DNA of 64,000 nt from Callorhinchus milii (Eukaryota), in NCBI RefSeq assembly GCF_018977255.1, contig NW_024704742.1, positions 102,116,001 through 102,180,000 on the forward strand, in the 5' to 3' direction. Of this stretch, positions 26,866 to 38,372 are shown one piece after another. A model generated the notes under the pieces. It saw only the letters and a program-made list of their open reading frames with translations, made no database searches and was not told the DNA's origin. How positions within the stretch are numbered: the stretch's first letter is position 1; each line of letters starts with the position of its first letter. The position numbers and the translations under genes are program-made.

Positions 26866-29800
26866 TCAGGGTGAGGGGAGGGAAGGGAGGGAGCGAGGAG
26901 GAGGAAGAGAGTCGAGAGGGGAGCTGAAGGCTCGGTCAAAGAGAAAGGTTTTGAGACCGGCCTTGAAGGAGGAAAGGGAGGAAGCAAGGCGAAGGCACTG
27001 GGGGATGGAGTTCCAGAGCCTCGGGGCTGAGAGGCTGAAGGCCCGACCACCGATAGTAGGGCGGTTGGGGCGGGGGACGTGGAGCAGACCGGAGCCAGAG
27101 GAACGGAGGGTACGGGCAGGTAGGTAGGGGGATAGTAGGTTGGAGAGGTAGGAGGGAGCAAGGCCGTGAATGGCCTTGTAGGTGAGGATGAGGATCTTGA
27201 AATCAATCCTCTGGGGGATGGGGAGCCAGTGGAGGCGAGCGAGGGTAGGAGTGATGTGGTCCCGAAGCCTGGTGCGGGACAGTACACGAGCTGCAGAGTT
27301 CTGAATGACCTGCAGCTTGTGGAGGGAGGTGGCGGGAAGGCCGGCGAGGAGAGAGTTCCCATAGTCCAGCCTTGAGGTGACAAAGGCGTGAACCAGGGTT
27401 TCAGCAGCGTGAGGGGTGAGGTAGTGCCGTAATCTGGCGATATTCCGGAGGTGATGGAAGGCGGTGCCAGTTGTGGTGCGGATGTGAGGGAGAAAGGACA
27501 GCTCAGGGTCGAACAAAACGCCGAGGTTCCTGACTGGCTTTGAGAGGTGGAGAGTGCAGCCTTGGATGCTGATGGTGTCAGCGCCTGAGGTGCGGAGGCG
27601 CTGACGTGAGCCAATCAGGAGGGCCTCGGTTTTTCGCACGTTGAGCTGAAGAAAGTTGTCTCTCGTCCAGGACTCGATGTCGGACAGGCAGGCTGTCAGG
27701 ACATCGGTGGTCGTGGAGTTGAGAGTAGAGGAGGAAAGGTAGAGTTGGGTGTCATCCGCATACATGTGGAAGTTAACCCCATGTTTGCGGATGATGTCAC
27801 CGAGGGGGAGCATATAGAGGGTGAAGAGGAGGGGACCGAGGACAGAGCCCTGAGGGACACCACATGAGACAGTACGGGGGGTGGAGGAGAAGCCATTCGT
27901 TGAGACGAAGTGAAGACGGTGGGAAAGGTAAGAGCTAAACCATTCAAGGACAGTGCCTTGAAGGTTGAGGTGGGAGGACAAGCGGTGGAGTAGGATAGCG
28001 TGGTCGACCGTATCGAATGCTGCCGATAGGTCGAGGAGGACGAGGAGACAGAGGGAGCCCTGGTCACAGATAGTCAGGATATCATTGGTGACCTTGACCA
28101 GGGCAGTTTCTGTGCTATGAGCAGCACGGAAACCTGACTGAAGGGGTTCAAAAAGAGAATGGGTGGAGAGGAAAGAGCGCAGTTGGGAGGCGACAACTCT
28201 TTCCAAGACCTTGGAGAGAAAGGGGAGGTTGGAGATGGGCCGGTAGCTTGATAGCTGCGACGCATCAAGGGAGGGTTTTTTCAGGGTGGGCGTGATGATG
28301 GCAGTTTTTAATGGAATGGGGACAGAGCCAGAGGAGAGGGACAGGTTTATGATGTCAGTGATGTGTGGGGCAAGAAAATGGAGCTGGGAGATAAGGAGTG
28401 GAGTGGGGATGGGGTCAAGGGAGCAGGTGGTTGGTTTTAGGGATAGGATGAGTTCAGTGACAGAGGGTGGGGAAACGGGTACGAAGGTGTGTAGGGGAGG
28501 ATGGGTAGGAGTCGGAGTGTGGGAGGGAAGGGGTGGGTGGTGGGTGGAAGTTGGAGGGGAAGTGACCGCGGAGCGGATTCCCTTGATCTTGGATTCAAGG
28601 AAATCCAGCATCTCCTCGCAGTGAAGGTTGGAGGAGATGACCTGCGCGGGGTGGCGGGGGGGACGGAGGAGTCGGGATGTGGTGGAAAACAGTAGCCTGG
28701 GGTTGTTCTTCGCCTCCAGGATTATCCTGGAGTAGAAGGACGACTTGGCCGAGGCTAGAGTGGAGCGGTAAATTTTGAGGAGGTCCAGCCAGATTTGTCG
28801 GTGGACCGTTAAGCCGGATTTGACAAAGGTGCGCTCAGCAGCCCGCACCTGGCATTTCAGTGAGCGGAGGTGGGTGGTGTACCAGGGGGAGGAGCGGGAG
28901 TAGGAGACAGTGCGGGAAGTGATGGGGGCAAGAGTATCGAGTGTGGAGGAGAGGATATTGTGGAGGAGGGAGAGAGGAGAAGAGGGGTCGGTGAGGGTTG
29001 AAGGCCAGAGGGAGAGGAGTTCAGAGGACTCCAAGGCATCGGTTAGGGATTGTGGGGGTAACTTCTTCCAAGGGCGGTAGAAGATGGTGGTGGGTCTGGT
29101 GGAGGTGGGGAGGGGGGTGGAGGTGGTGAAGGAGATGAAGTAGTGGTCGGAGATGGCCTTGTCGGTAATAGTGACATCCGAGACACTGAGGCCCCGGGTG
29201 ATCACCAAATCGAGTGGGTGGCCGTGACTGTGAGTGGGGGAGTTTATGTGTAGGGAAAGGTTGAGTGAGGAGAGCAGGGAAGAGAAGTCTGTGGAGATGG
29301 AGCAGGAGGGGGTGAAGTGTAGGTTAAAGTCGCCCAGGATGATGAGGCGATCAGAGGAGAGGCAAAGAGATGTGAGGAGTGTTGAAATGTCAGAGATGAA
29401 GGTGGGAGAGGTTTTAGGGGGCCGGTAGAGGAGGAGGATTTTAAGGGAGAGGAATGAGGGGTGGGAGAGGGTGAGGTGCTCGAAGGAGGGGAAAGAGCCA
29501 GAGGAGTAGGGGGATAGGGCAAGTGGTGTCCTTGAGATAAGGGCAACACCACCGCCACGGCGGTTGGGGCGGGGGATGTGGTGGGAGGTGTAGCCGGGTG
29601 GCGTGGCCTCCGTGAGGGGGAAGGTGTCGCCTGGGGTGAGCCACGTTTCTGTCAAGGCCATGATATCAACGTTCTCATCAAGGATGAGATCGTTGATGAC
29701 CAGGGCCTTGTTGCAGAGGGAGCGGACATTTTGCAGTCCGATGTGGAGGGAGCGGTTGACAGAAGGGTGTGTGGGAGGGGAGGGGGGTCCAGGTTGTGAG

Positions 29801-30291
29801 GCAGGGGTGGGGGAGATGGGGATGAGGGAGGAGAGGTTGACTCCCCGGGTCTGTGTCCGGGGTGGCTGGCGAGAGTGGTGGGGAATGGGGCAGTCGGTGT
29901 GGCTGCTGCTGGACAGCCAACGCCGAGTGCCACGGTGAGCCCGGCGGAGGATTCCCAGACTGGAACAGAGGGAGGTTGTGGGAGGGTCAAGTGGGGATAG
30001 AAGACGAGAGGGACGGAGAGAGAGGAGGAGAGAGCGGGAGAGATGGAGAGGGGGGAGGGTTTGGGGGGAGAGAGGAGGGGGAGGGAGGGAGGGGGTGAGG
30101 GGGCTCGGGTCAAAGCGGCAGCCATAGTGCGCACGCGGGGACCGGGAGCGAGCGGTCAGGTGGATGGCATTATCCCGCAGATTGGGGCATCGAACCCAAC
30201 AGGACCATAGTGGGCTCTGATGTGAGCCCTGGGGGGGGGGGGGGGGGCGCAGTTTTTTTTTTTTTTTTTTTTTTTTTTTGTGCGCGCGCAC
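26866..30291 (-). CDS. L2 ORF2-type protein: APE-like endonuclease plus reverse transcriptase (start codon uncertain)
   Basis: 1141-codon open frame; EN motifs [40 protein letters not shown] motifs [39 protein letters not shown] (27751-27762). The track start is GTG; the first in-frame ATG is at 29661. Confidence 0.92.
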   Translation of the reverse strand: MRAHKKKKKKKKKLRPPPPPQGSHQSPLWSCWVRCPNLRDNAIHLTARSRSPRAHYGCRFDPSPLTPSLPPPPLSPQTLPPLHLSRSLLLSLRPSRLLSPLDPPTTSLCSSLGILRRAHRGTRRWLSSSSHTDCPIPHHSRQPPRTQTRGVNLSSLIPISPTPASQPGPPSPPTHPSVNRSLHIGLQNVRSLCNKALVINDLILDENVDIMALTETWLTPGDTFPLTEATPPGYTSHHIPRPNRRGGGVALISRTPLALSPYSSGSFPSFEHLTLSHPSFLSLKILLLYRPPKTSPTFISDISTLLTSLCLSSDRLIILGDFNLHFTPSCSISTDFSSLLSSLNLSLHINSPTHSHGHPLDLVITRGLSVSDVTITDKAISDHYFISFTTSTPLPTSTRPTTIFYRPWKKLPPQSLTDALESSELLSLWPSTLTDPSSPLSLLHNILSSTLDTLAPITSRTVSYSRSSPWYTTHLRSLKCQVRAAERTFVKSGLTVHRQIWLDLLKIYRSTLASAKSSFYSRIILEAKNNPRLLFSTTSRLLRPPRHPAQVISSNLHCEEMLDFLESKIKGIRSAVTSPPTSTHHPPLPSHTPTPTHPPLHTFVPVSPPSVTELILSLKPTTCSLDPIPTPLLISQLHFLAPHITDIINLSLSSGSVPIPLKTAIITPTLKKPSLDASQLSSYRPISNLPFLSKVLERVVASQLRSFLSTHSLFEPLQSGFRAAHSTETALVKVTNDILTICDQGSLCLLVLLDLSAAFDTVDHAILLHRLSSHLNLQGTVLEWFSSYLSHRLHFVSTNGFSSTPRTVSCGVPQGSVLGPLLFTLYMLPLGDIIRKHGVNFHMYADDTQLYLSSSTLNSTTTDVLTACLSDIESWTRDNFLQLNVRKTEALLIGSRQRLRTSGADTISIQGCTLHLSKPVRNLGVLFDPELSFLPHIRTTTGTAFHHLRNIARLRHYLTPHAAETLVHAFVTSRLDYGNSLLAGLPATSLHKLQVIQNSAARVLSRTRLRDHITPTLARLHWLPIPQRIDFKILILTYKAIHGLAPSYLSNLLSPYLPARTLRSSGSGLLHVPRPNRPTIGGRAFSLSAPRLWNSIPQCLRLASSLSSFKAGLKTFLFDRAFSSPLDSLPPPRSLPSLPSP
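30231..30279. repeat. Adjacent homopolymers G17 (30231-30247) and T27 (30253-30279) in the L2 leader
   Basis: Read directly from the sequence. Confidence 0.9.
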
Positions 30292-30346
30292 TCACCTGAA
30301 AACTAATCTATGACGTCGCAGTTCCCCGCTCCGTCCCCTCCCCCTA

Positions 30347-30874
30347 GCTGCACTCGCTCCGGCGTCGAGTTTAAGTACCTGGGTCAGTAGGCCCAGGCTC
30401 CTCCCCGCGCTGTCCTGCTGCCGCTCCCCGACTGGCTGCACTCGCTCCGGCGTCGAGTTTAAGTACCTGGGTCAGTAGGCCCAGGCTCCTCCCCGCGCTG
30501 TCCTGCTGCCGCTCCCCGACTGGCTGCACTCGCTCCGGCGTCGAGTTTAAGTACCTGGGTCAGTAGGCCCAGGCTCCTCCCCGCGCTGTCCTGCTGCCGC
30601 TCCCCGACTGGCTGCACTCGCTCCGGCGTCGAGTTTAAGTACCTGGGTCAGTAGGCCCAGGCTCCTCCCCGCGCTGTCCTGCTGCCGCTCCCCGACTGGC
30701 TGCACTCGCTCCGGCGTCGAGTTTAAGTACCTGGGTCAGTAGGCCCAGGCTCCTCCCCGCGCTGTCCTGCTGCCGCTCCCCGACTGGCTGCACTCGCTCC
30801 GGCGTCGAGTTTAAGTACCTGGGTCAGTAGGCCCAGGCTCCTCCCCGCGCTGTCCTGCTGCCGCTCCCCGACTG
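30347..30874 (-). repeat. Six perfect tandem 88-bp monomers forming the L2 5' end; candidate promoter array
   Basis: Units start at 30347, 30435, 30523, 30611, 30699 and 30787; 60/88 GC and 8 CpG per unit; no differences seen between copies. Confidence 0.95.
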
Positions 30875-30880
30875 TATCCA

Positions 30881-33873
30881 GGCTACAGCTTCTACCACAC
30901 CCCACATCCTAACTGCCATGATGGCAGTATGGCTCCTATCTCCCGGTCCCAGCTCAACCTGTCCCCTTACTCCTGTGGTACCCTCCCTTCCTTTGAGCAC
31001 CTTACACTCTACAATCCCTCCAATCTTTTCCTCAAAATCTTCCTTGTTTATCATTTCCCCAAATCCTCTCCCATGGTCCTCTCGATCATCTCCACTCTCC
31101 TATCTTCCCTCTTCCTCTGCTCCGAACGCCTCCATCACTGCAGTCTATGTCCTCTCCTGCACCAGGCTCCACAGCCCTATCACCCCATTCTCACCCGACT
31201 CCACTGACTTCCCATCACACAGAGGATACAGTTCAAGATCTTGATCGTCACTTTCAAAGCCCTTCATGGCCTTGCTCCCCCCTACCTCTGTAACCTCCTA
31301 AACCCTACTAACCTGCCCGCTGCCTTCGCTCAGCAGGCTCCGGCCTGCTTCACGTCCCCTGCCTTGCCCACCCCACCATTGGCGGCCTCTCACTGAAACC
31401 TGTAGCACCCCAGGTGACACCTTACCCCTCACTGAGACCACACCACCCAGCTGTACCTCCCACCATACCCACATCCCAACCATCATGGCAGTGTTGTGGC
31501 CCTCATCTCCACGGCCACCCACTCAACCTGGTGATTACCTGGGACTTCAGTGTCTCGGATATCAGAGTGACCGACAAAGCCATCCCTGATCACCATTTAA
31601 CCCCCTTAACTCCTCAATCCCTTTCCCCACCACCTCAAATCCACCTTCATCTCCTACCGCCCTTGGAAAAAATCTCCCCACAGTCGCTTTCTGCTGCCCT
31701 GGAGTCATCTGAACTATTCCCCACCTGGCCTTCCACCCACACTGATTTATCCTCCTCACTCACTCTCCTACACAAATCCCTCTCCACCACTCTTGATGCC
31801 CTTGCCCTCCTCACCTTCTGAACTGCCTCCTACTCATGAACCTCATCCTGGTACACCAGCCACTTCCACTCCCTTAAAGGTCAGATGTAGACTGCTGAAC
31901 GCACCTGGCTCAAGTCTGATCTAATGGTCCACCAGCAGATCTGGCTGGACCACATAAAAATGTACTGCTCCACCCTCACCTCTGCCAAATTGTTCTTCTG
32001 CTCCAAGATAATCTTGGAGGTGAAGGACAACTCCAGGCTCCTATTCTCCATCAGCAACCAACTCCTCTGTCCATCCTTCAATCACTTGACCATCTTCTCC
32101 TCAAACTCAGACTGTGAAGAGATGCTAGATTTCCTCGAGTCCAAAATTGAGGGGATCCATTTAGGTGCCTCCACCCTCCCAACCCCCACTCCCTCCCCAT
32201 CACCCCACCACACTCCCGCTGTTACCTATCCCTCCCTCCACATCCTCAAACCTGTCTCCCCTTCCTCTCTCATCACCACCATATCCAGCAGGAACACACC
32301 ACCTGCTGCCTTGACCCCATTCCCACCCCTCTCCTTACCTTCCAGCTCCACATCTTCGCCCCTTTATTCACTGACACCATCAATCTCTCCCTATCATCTG
32401 GCACCATTCCAGTCTCCCTAAAAACAGCTATAATCACCCCCATCCTGAAAAAACCTTCCCTGGACCCATCCCTGCTCTCTAACTACCGGCCCATCTCCAA
32501 CTTCCCTTTTCTTTCCAAGGTCCTTGAAAGAGTTGTTACTTCCCAGCTTAGCTCTTTCCTCTCCTACCATTCCCTTCATGAGCCATTCCAAACAGGTTTT
32601 GTGCTGCTCACAGCACAGAAAATGCTCTGGTCAGGTCATAAACGACATCCTGTCCATCTGTGACCAGGGTTCCCTCTGCCTTCTCATCCTCCTCAACCTC
32701 TCTGCTACCTTCAATACTGTGGACCATTCCATCCTCCTCCACCGCCTCTCCTCTCATTTAAACCTTCAAGGTTCTTTCCTTGAATGGTTCAAGACTGATC
32801 TCTCACACCATCTAATTTGTCTCCGCCAACAGTTTCTCTTCCAGCCCCTGCACAGTCATGTGCAGTGTTCCTCAGGGCTCTGTCCTTGGTCCCTTCCTCT
32901 TCAACCTCTACATGCTCCCCCTTGGTGACATCATGCGCAGACATGGGTTCAACTTCCACATATATGTGGATGACACCCAATTCTATCTCTTTGCCTCCAC
33001 TCTCGATTCCAGGACAACTGATGTCCTGACAAACTGTCTTTCAGACATCGTCCTGGATGAGAGCCAACCTTCTACAACTGAATGACACTGAATGCCTCCG
33101 CACCTCAGGCACTGACAGCATGGATGCACCGATACACACTCCACCTCACCAAACCATTCAGGAACCTGGGCTTCTTGTTCAACCCTTAACTGTCCTTTCT
33201 CCCCCATGTCCATGCCATGACCCGCTCTGCCTCCCCCCACCTCCACAACATTGCCCGACTCCTCCACTGCCACACCCCTCAGACTGCCGAAACCCTCATA
33301 TGCGCATTCGTCACCTCAAGGCTCATCTACAGAAACTCCCTGCTTGTCGGCCTCCTCAACTCTTCCCTCCACAAGCTGCAGATCATCCATATCTCATGTC
33401 CTCTCCTACACCAGGCTCCATGAACCCATCACCTCCACCCTCGCTCAACTCCATTGGCTCCCCATCCCCCAGAGGATAAAATTTCAAAATCCTCGTCCTC
33501 ACTTTCAACGCCCTCCACAGCCTTGTCCCCTCCTACATCTCTGACCTGCTGACCCCCTATCAACCTGTCTACTTCCTCCATTCAGCAGGTTCCAGCCTTC
33601 CCCGTGTCTCCCCTTGACCCGCCCTACCATCGGCAGGCAAGCTTTCAGCCTCTCTGCCCCCATCCCACAATCCCTTCGCCTTGCTCCCTCCCTTGCCTCC
33701 TTCAAGGCACAACTCAAGACCTCTCTACCTCCGCCCTCCTACCTCTCTGCCCTCCCTCATCCCAACCCTGCCCCCCACCCTCCCCACCCACTCTCGGTCC
33801 TTGTGTCCAACTGTTCAGTGCCTTGGGATGTCCTCCCGATGTGAAAGGCGCTTTACAAATGTAATTTTGTTGT
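30881..33873 (+). mobile_element. Remainder of the older L2 host, decayed and rearranged
   Basis: Resumes GYSFYH...[17 protein letters not shown]; later [36 protein letters not shown]; tail ttgttgttg at ~33867. Confidence 0.9.
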
Positions 33874-34102
33874 TGAAAGGCAGTTGGGAGTCAAACAAGA
33901 GACTGAGGTTCCACACTGTCTCTGCAAGGTGGATTGTACATCTATATAGCTCAATCATGCCAGCACCTGAGGTGAGCAGGGCTGACGGGAGCCAAGCAGT
34001 GGGGGTCAGTCTTGTTTACGTTTAACTGCAGAAAGTTAGAGCACATAAAGGACTTAATATTTGGGCTGAATGGCCAGTTTCCATGCAGTATCACTCTATG
34101 TA

Positions 34103-34195
34103 ACACACACAAGATACACACACACACACACACACGGATAACACACACACAAACACATGCATACACATAAATAACACACATAGCTAGCACACACA
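34103..34195. repeat. Imperfect (CA)n microsatellite
   Basis: Read directly from the sequence. Confidence 0.85.
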
Positions 34196-35769
34196 TACTT
34201 GCATACATAAACTTTCCAGCCAGAGTTAATTGGATATCAATCACAAACTGAAATCCTAGTTTATTCCCTATTTAGAGTTTAAGCTAATGTGACACCTTTA
34301 CTGCTGACATGGCTGAGATCTATTAACTCAGTACAGAGGAGAAACAGAAGCTGGGACATTCAGGATCTCTGTGGCACAGTTTCATTCTCTGCAGAGGCGT
34401 TGCCAGCTGAGCCCCCAGAAGCTCTTATTGGTGGGAAAAATAATTTGATGGAGTTTTGAGTTTTTCCTCCTCAAAGATTTTTTAAAAAATGACAAATCCT
34501 TGACCATTAAATTTTTTTTCACAAATTGCAAAGTGTAGGTTGGCCAAATAGTGGTTGTGAGATCAGCAGTCTGTGGACTGTTTCCCCTCTGCCAGCCCTG
34601 CCCCACCTCCCACCGTGACCAACTGAACTAGGCAACTGAACGAAGCATCAAATGGAGGTGAGGTGCTTGAACACAGGATAAAAAAAGTCACGGATTCAAG
34701 TGAAACATGGCTGCTCACATTGGGTGACTTCTTGGCAGCTTATTTAAAAGTGACATTGGTACTTCTAAATATGTTTCTGGCTAGGGAACAGAGCATTGCA
34801 TACAGCGCAAAATTGATGGCATTGGAACACCAGAGGAAGCAGAACCGGTTTAAGTCAGCAAAAAAACTCAGAGTGAAGGTGTTATCCCTTGAAGTGACAG
34901 TCCTAATCTTGGACCAATGGTGGTGTGAGTTGGCTTCAGACTCAACCATTATGCCAAAGTATGTGTGCATGTGTGTCTGGGGTGGAGTGGGATAATTGGC
35001 TAGTTATTAACTCACTATGGTTATTGACTGCCCGTGTCGACCACGTACATCAATTGATAATAGTAATTGTTACCGGTAATAATTAACGCATCATTGGGCA
35101 CATCACGATATTTTTGTCCTGTATTAAAATTATGGAGGCAGATTTGGAACACTGCTGAATATCTGCCGCCCATTGTTTGCTGCAGACTAAATATAGTGCA
35201 TCTCACAGGCAGTCACTAACCCCCATTCACATGGTAAAATGCTGACCCAAATAAAATAATCCAAATCAATTTATTTTCTTCCCTCAAGATATGCAAATGA
35301 TCCCCATTTTCTGAAACTGCAGGTGTACAGAAGAAAAGAAAATACGATGAGAAAATGCACGTTAGTACATTTGCAATGTTTGCAACATTGCAGGTGTTGT
35401 CCAGGTGTTACTATCAATTCAAATTGATTGCTTTGAAGACAAAGATTAATATCTTTGGTAAAGTATACTCTGTGCATGTGAACAAAGTACCTCGGTAACC
35501 ACAGTCTTTTCTGTATTATTCGAATTATGCGTTTATTGGAAGGGAGCCTTTAAAGAGGTTTAATAATAATCTTTTACAAGTCTTATGTTTGGCAGAAGCA
35601 TCTGGTTTGCCAGATGAAATGTAAGGCAATACAATGGTATTGATCATTATGAACCTTCAAAAACTTCATACCTTTGAGCAATTTCAAAGCGCACAATATA
35701 AATTACCGCAGTATTGTGCCTATTTATAAGGCTCGCTAACAAATTCTAGTAGACTATGTGAAGAGGGTG

Positions 35770-36170
35770 TCAGTCTGGATCAGTTGTTATCGATCTGGAC
35801 TCTGAGAAAGAAGACTGAAGGTTCAAGCCTCACATTAAGACATGAGCTCATCTAGACTGATACTGCAATGCAGGTGTTTGGGTAGGGCACTGTATTGTTG
35901 TAGACGTTCCCCTGATGTGAAAGGTGCTACACAAATGTAATTTTTTGTTGTTGTTATTGGAGGTGTCATCCTGTGATTGAGATGTTAAACTGAGGTCCTG
36001 TCTACCCATTAAAGATCCTTTGGCACAATTTGAAAAGAGAGTTGCTCTCGGTCTACTGGCCAACAGCCTTCCCCAAACAAAGTTGATCATTCATCTCATA
36101 GCTGTTTGTAGGATTTTGCTATGTGCAAATAGGCTACCTACAAAATACACAGTCATTGCACTCTACATAA
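35770..36170 (+). mobile_element. Old tRNA-headed Deu-domain SINE containing a short L2 tail insert (~35900-35955)
   Basis: gtcagtctggatcagttg...ggttcaagcc head; gctgtttgtaggattttgctatgtgcaaataggct core. Confidence 0.65.
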
Positions 36171-38129
36171 AGGAATATAAGAGGTTTGGAATAAGAAGGG
36201 CTTTTAACCCATTTGATCTAATTCTTCCAAAATACAGGCTCTGCTATCTTCTCATTAGAATATAACATTAAAGTGCAGCTTGTTAATGAGTCCAGTGTCT
36301 CAGTCCTAGCCATCACTCACAGAACATATTCCTGCTGTTGATTACCTTCTGCTGTCTGTCTTAAAGTTATCAGTTATCATGTGGGGGTTTCGCCCACAAA
36401 AAAATGCAGTCAATTCACTTTATAGTATATTCTGTGAAGTGCTTTGAGGTGTATAGAAGACGTGAAAAGCGCTATATCAAATTCAAGGATTATTATTATT
36501 ATCATCCTGTGCCCTCGGTCCTTCTGTGTATCTGAACATGGAAATCTGATAACATTTGGGGGATCAGGTGCCACTTTTGCAGGCCTTTCCTTCAACAAAT
36601 GGAATGGACGAGTTTTGTTGTACTATAGTCAGCATTGTGTGGTCTATGGGAGGACTGAACGTAATGGTCTGAATGAGCTTTTCTTGTTCCAAATACACAC
36701 TTTGCATAAAGGAATATAAGATTTGGAATAAATCTAAGTCTGTTTATGTACACTTTAGTATTATTATAAACTGAAATATATATGCAAAAGAGATAAAGTG
36801 GGAGAGAAAGATATACATATTCAGATCAAGATTTTCTCAAAAGGAAAATATAGCTCAGTTGGCAGGTCTCACTGTTCCTTCTATTATTGCATAGCATCTG
36901 TTATCTACATTGCCAATCTCCTGTGAAACCTGTGAAACTAAAATAAACATGAGACATTGCATGAAAGGGGAATACATGAATAAGTGTCTCACCCTTGTAA
37001 TCCATGATAGACTACCTTCCCACAAGAAGTAGAATACGTACTTTACAATGTCCTGTGATCCACCAACTCCTAAAGTCAAATGCTAAGAATTGTACCAGAA
37101 GGAATAAGGAGTTGGTATAAAAATGCAATACATGCTCATTTTATCTCCTCTGTCTCTTCTCAGCCTTTTGTGAGGGAAGACCAGAATTGTGTACAAAATT
37201 CACAAATTCAGACTTAATTTGGAAGTTTGTTTTCTGCAGTTCTTAAATCCGGGTCCGGATTTAAGAATTTTTCACAGTTCTGTGTGATCTTAAATTTTAA
37301 GACAAAGTAGTGTTTCAGGCGATGATGGAATTGCATTGCAGATCTCAAGGCTCAATGTAATGCTTTCACTGGTGACCAAATCAGCACTGTTATTTCATCA
37401 AGAATAGACCTGGAGGCAGCAGCCCATGCCCCATTACTCCAGGGTAAAAGGTGTTGAAGCACCAATGCTCTGGGCCACCCTGACACATTTACTGTTGTTT
37501 CTTAACCTACTTACTAAGAGGCAAAGTAGGAACACATTGTGATTCCCTGTTATTATGTAGTCTGTAGTCTGTAGTTATGTGGGAAAACATAGAACAGGTG
37601 GAGGCAATCAAATTTATTTCAGTCAGAAATTCCATTCTGGATTCAACCCATTCTGCAGGATCAGATTGTCCAGATTTGTTATATTCTCGTTGCTTTGAAT
37701 GGTTGTGCAGACTTTGTAACTGAGCCTGCACATTTTGATAAAAACAGATTATATGCTTGTTGACCAGAGGTGAAGGGTACCCCCTTAATGCTGTTGTATC
37801 CAATAATCCTCTTTATGAATTCTGCCAATTCAGTCAGGCGTTTCTGGTGCTGCTGTCACTGCCAATATTTGTAAGTGTTCAGGCTTTCTTTCTTCTGGTT
37901 GACAACATCACTGCTTCAACAAACCATGCAAGCAGCTCAGTAGTCCTTTACTGGAAGGTCCTAGTAACACTGTAAGTAAAGATTTAAGGTACAACAACAA
38001 CTTACACTTTTTTAGCGCCCTCCACACAGGGTAACGTCTCAGAGCACTCAACAGTAGTAGGCCAAGGTAGGCCAAGAGAGGTAGCATAGGGCGGGGGAGG
38101 GGGGTTGGTAATTAGTACATGGCAGGTAG

Positions 38130-38372
38130 TTATGGCAGAAAGATACGGGGACTCCCTTCTCTTTTCAGCTAGTGCCATGGAACTTTAACATCCTCCTGAG
38201 TCAAGACCTCAATTTAATACCGCATCCGAAGGACAGCACTTCCAACAACATAGCGCATCCCCAGCATTGCACTGGAGTGTCAACCTAGATTATGTAAGTA
38301 CAGAATCCTGGCATGAACCCACAATTACAGGACTCAGATGTGGGAGTGATACCATTTGAGCTACACTGACAT
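38130..38372 (-). mobile_element. Old Deu-domain SINE 5' half
   Basis: Reverse complement of the head seen at 49343 (tagctcaaatggtatcactc...ctgagtc...gggttcatgcc). Confidence 0.6.

Larger units (their letters stand above)
26717..30874 (-). mobile_element. Young, apparently full-length single-ORF L2 LINE
   Basis: Uninterrupted EN+RT frame, 3' stem-loop and (TTG)n tail, 5' monomer array, TSD ggctaca at 26710-26716 and 30881-30887. Confidence 0.96.

Noticed and set aside
26789..30098. Overlapping antisense and alternative-frame ORFs (e.g. 26820-27614, 26789-27127, 28286-28624)
   Set aside because: By-products of the C-rich, stop-poor L2 sequence
30347..30874. CRISPR-like array
   Set aside because: Units are identical end to end with no unique spacers, there are no cas genes, and the context is eukaryotic
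30347..30874. HDV-like or hammerhead ribozyme in the monomer
   Set aside because: Only two small hairpins (cctggg/cccagg, actcg/cgagt); I could not build a nested pseudoknot or a CUGANGA/GAAA core by eye
37507..37803. 98-aa ORF in unique sequence
   Set aside because: No recognisable domain; length compatible with chance
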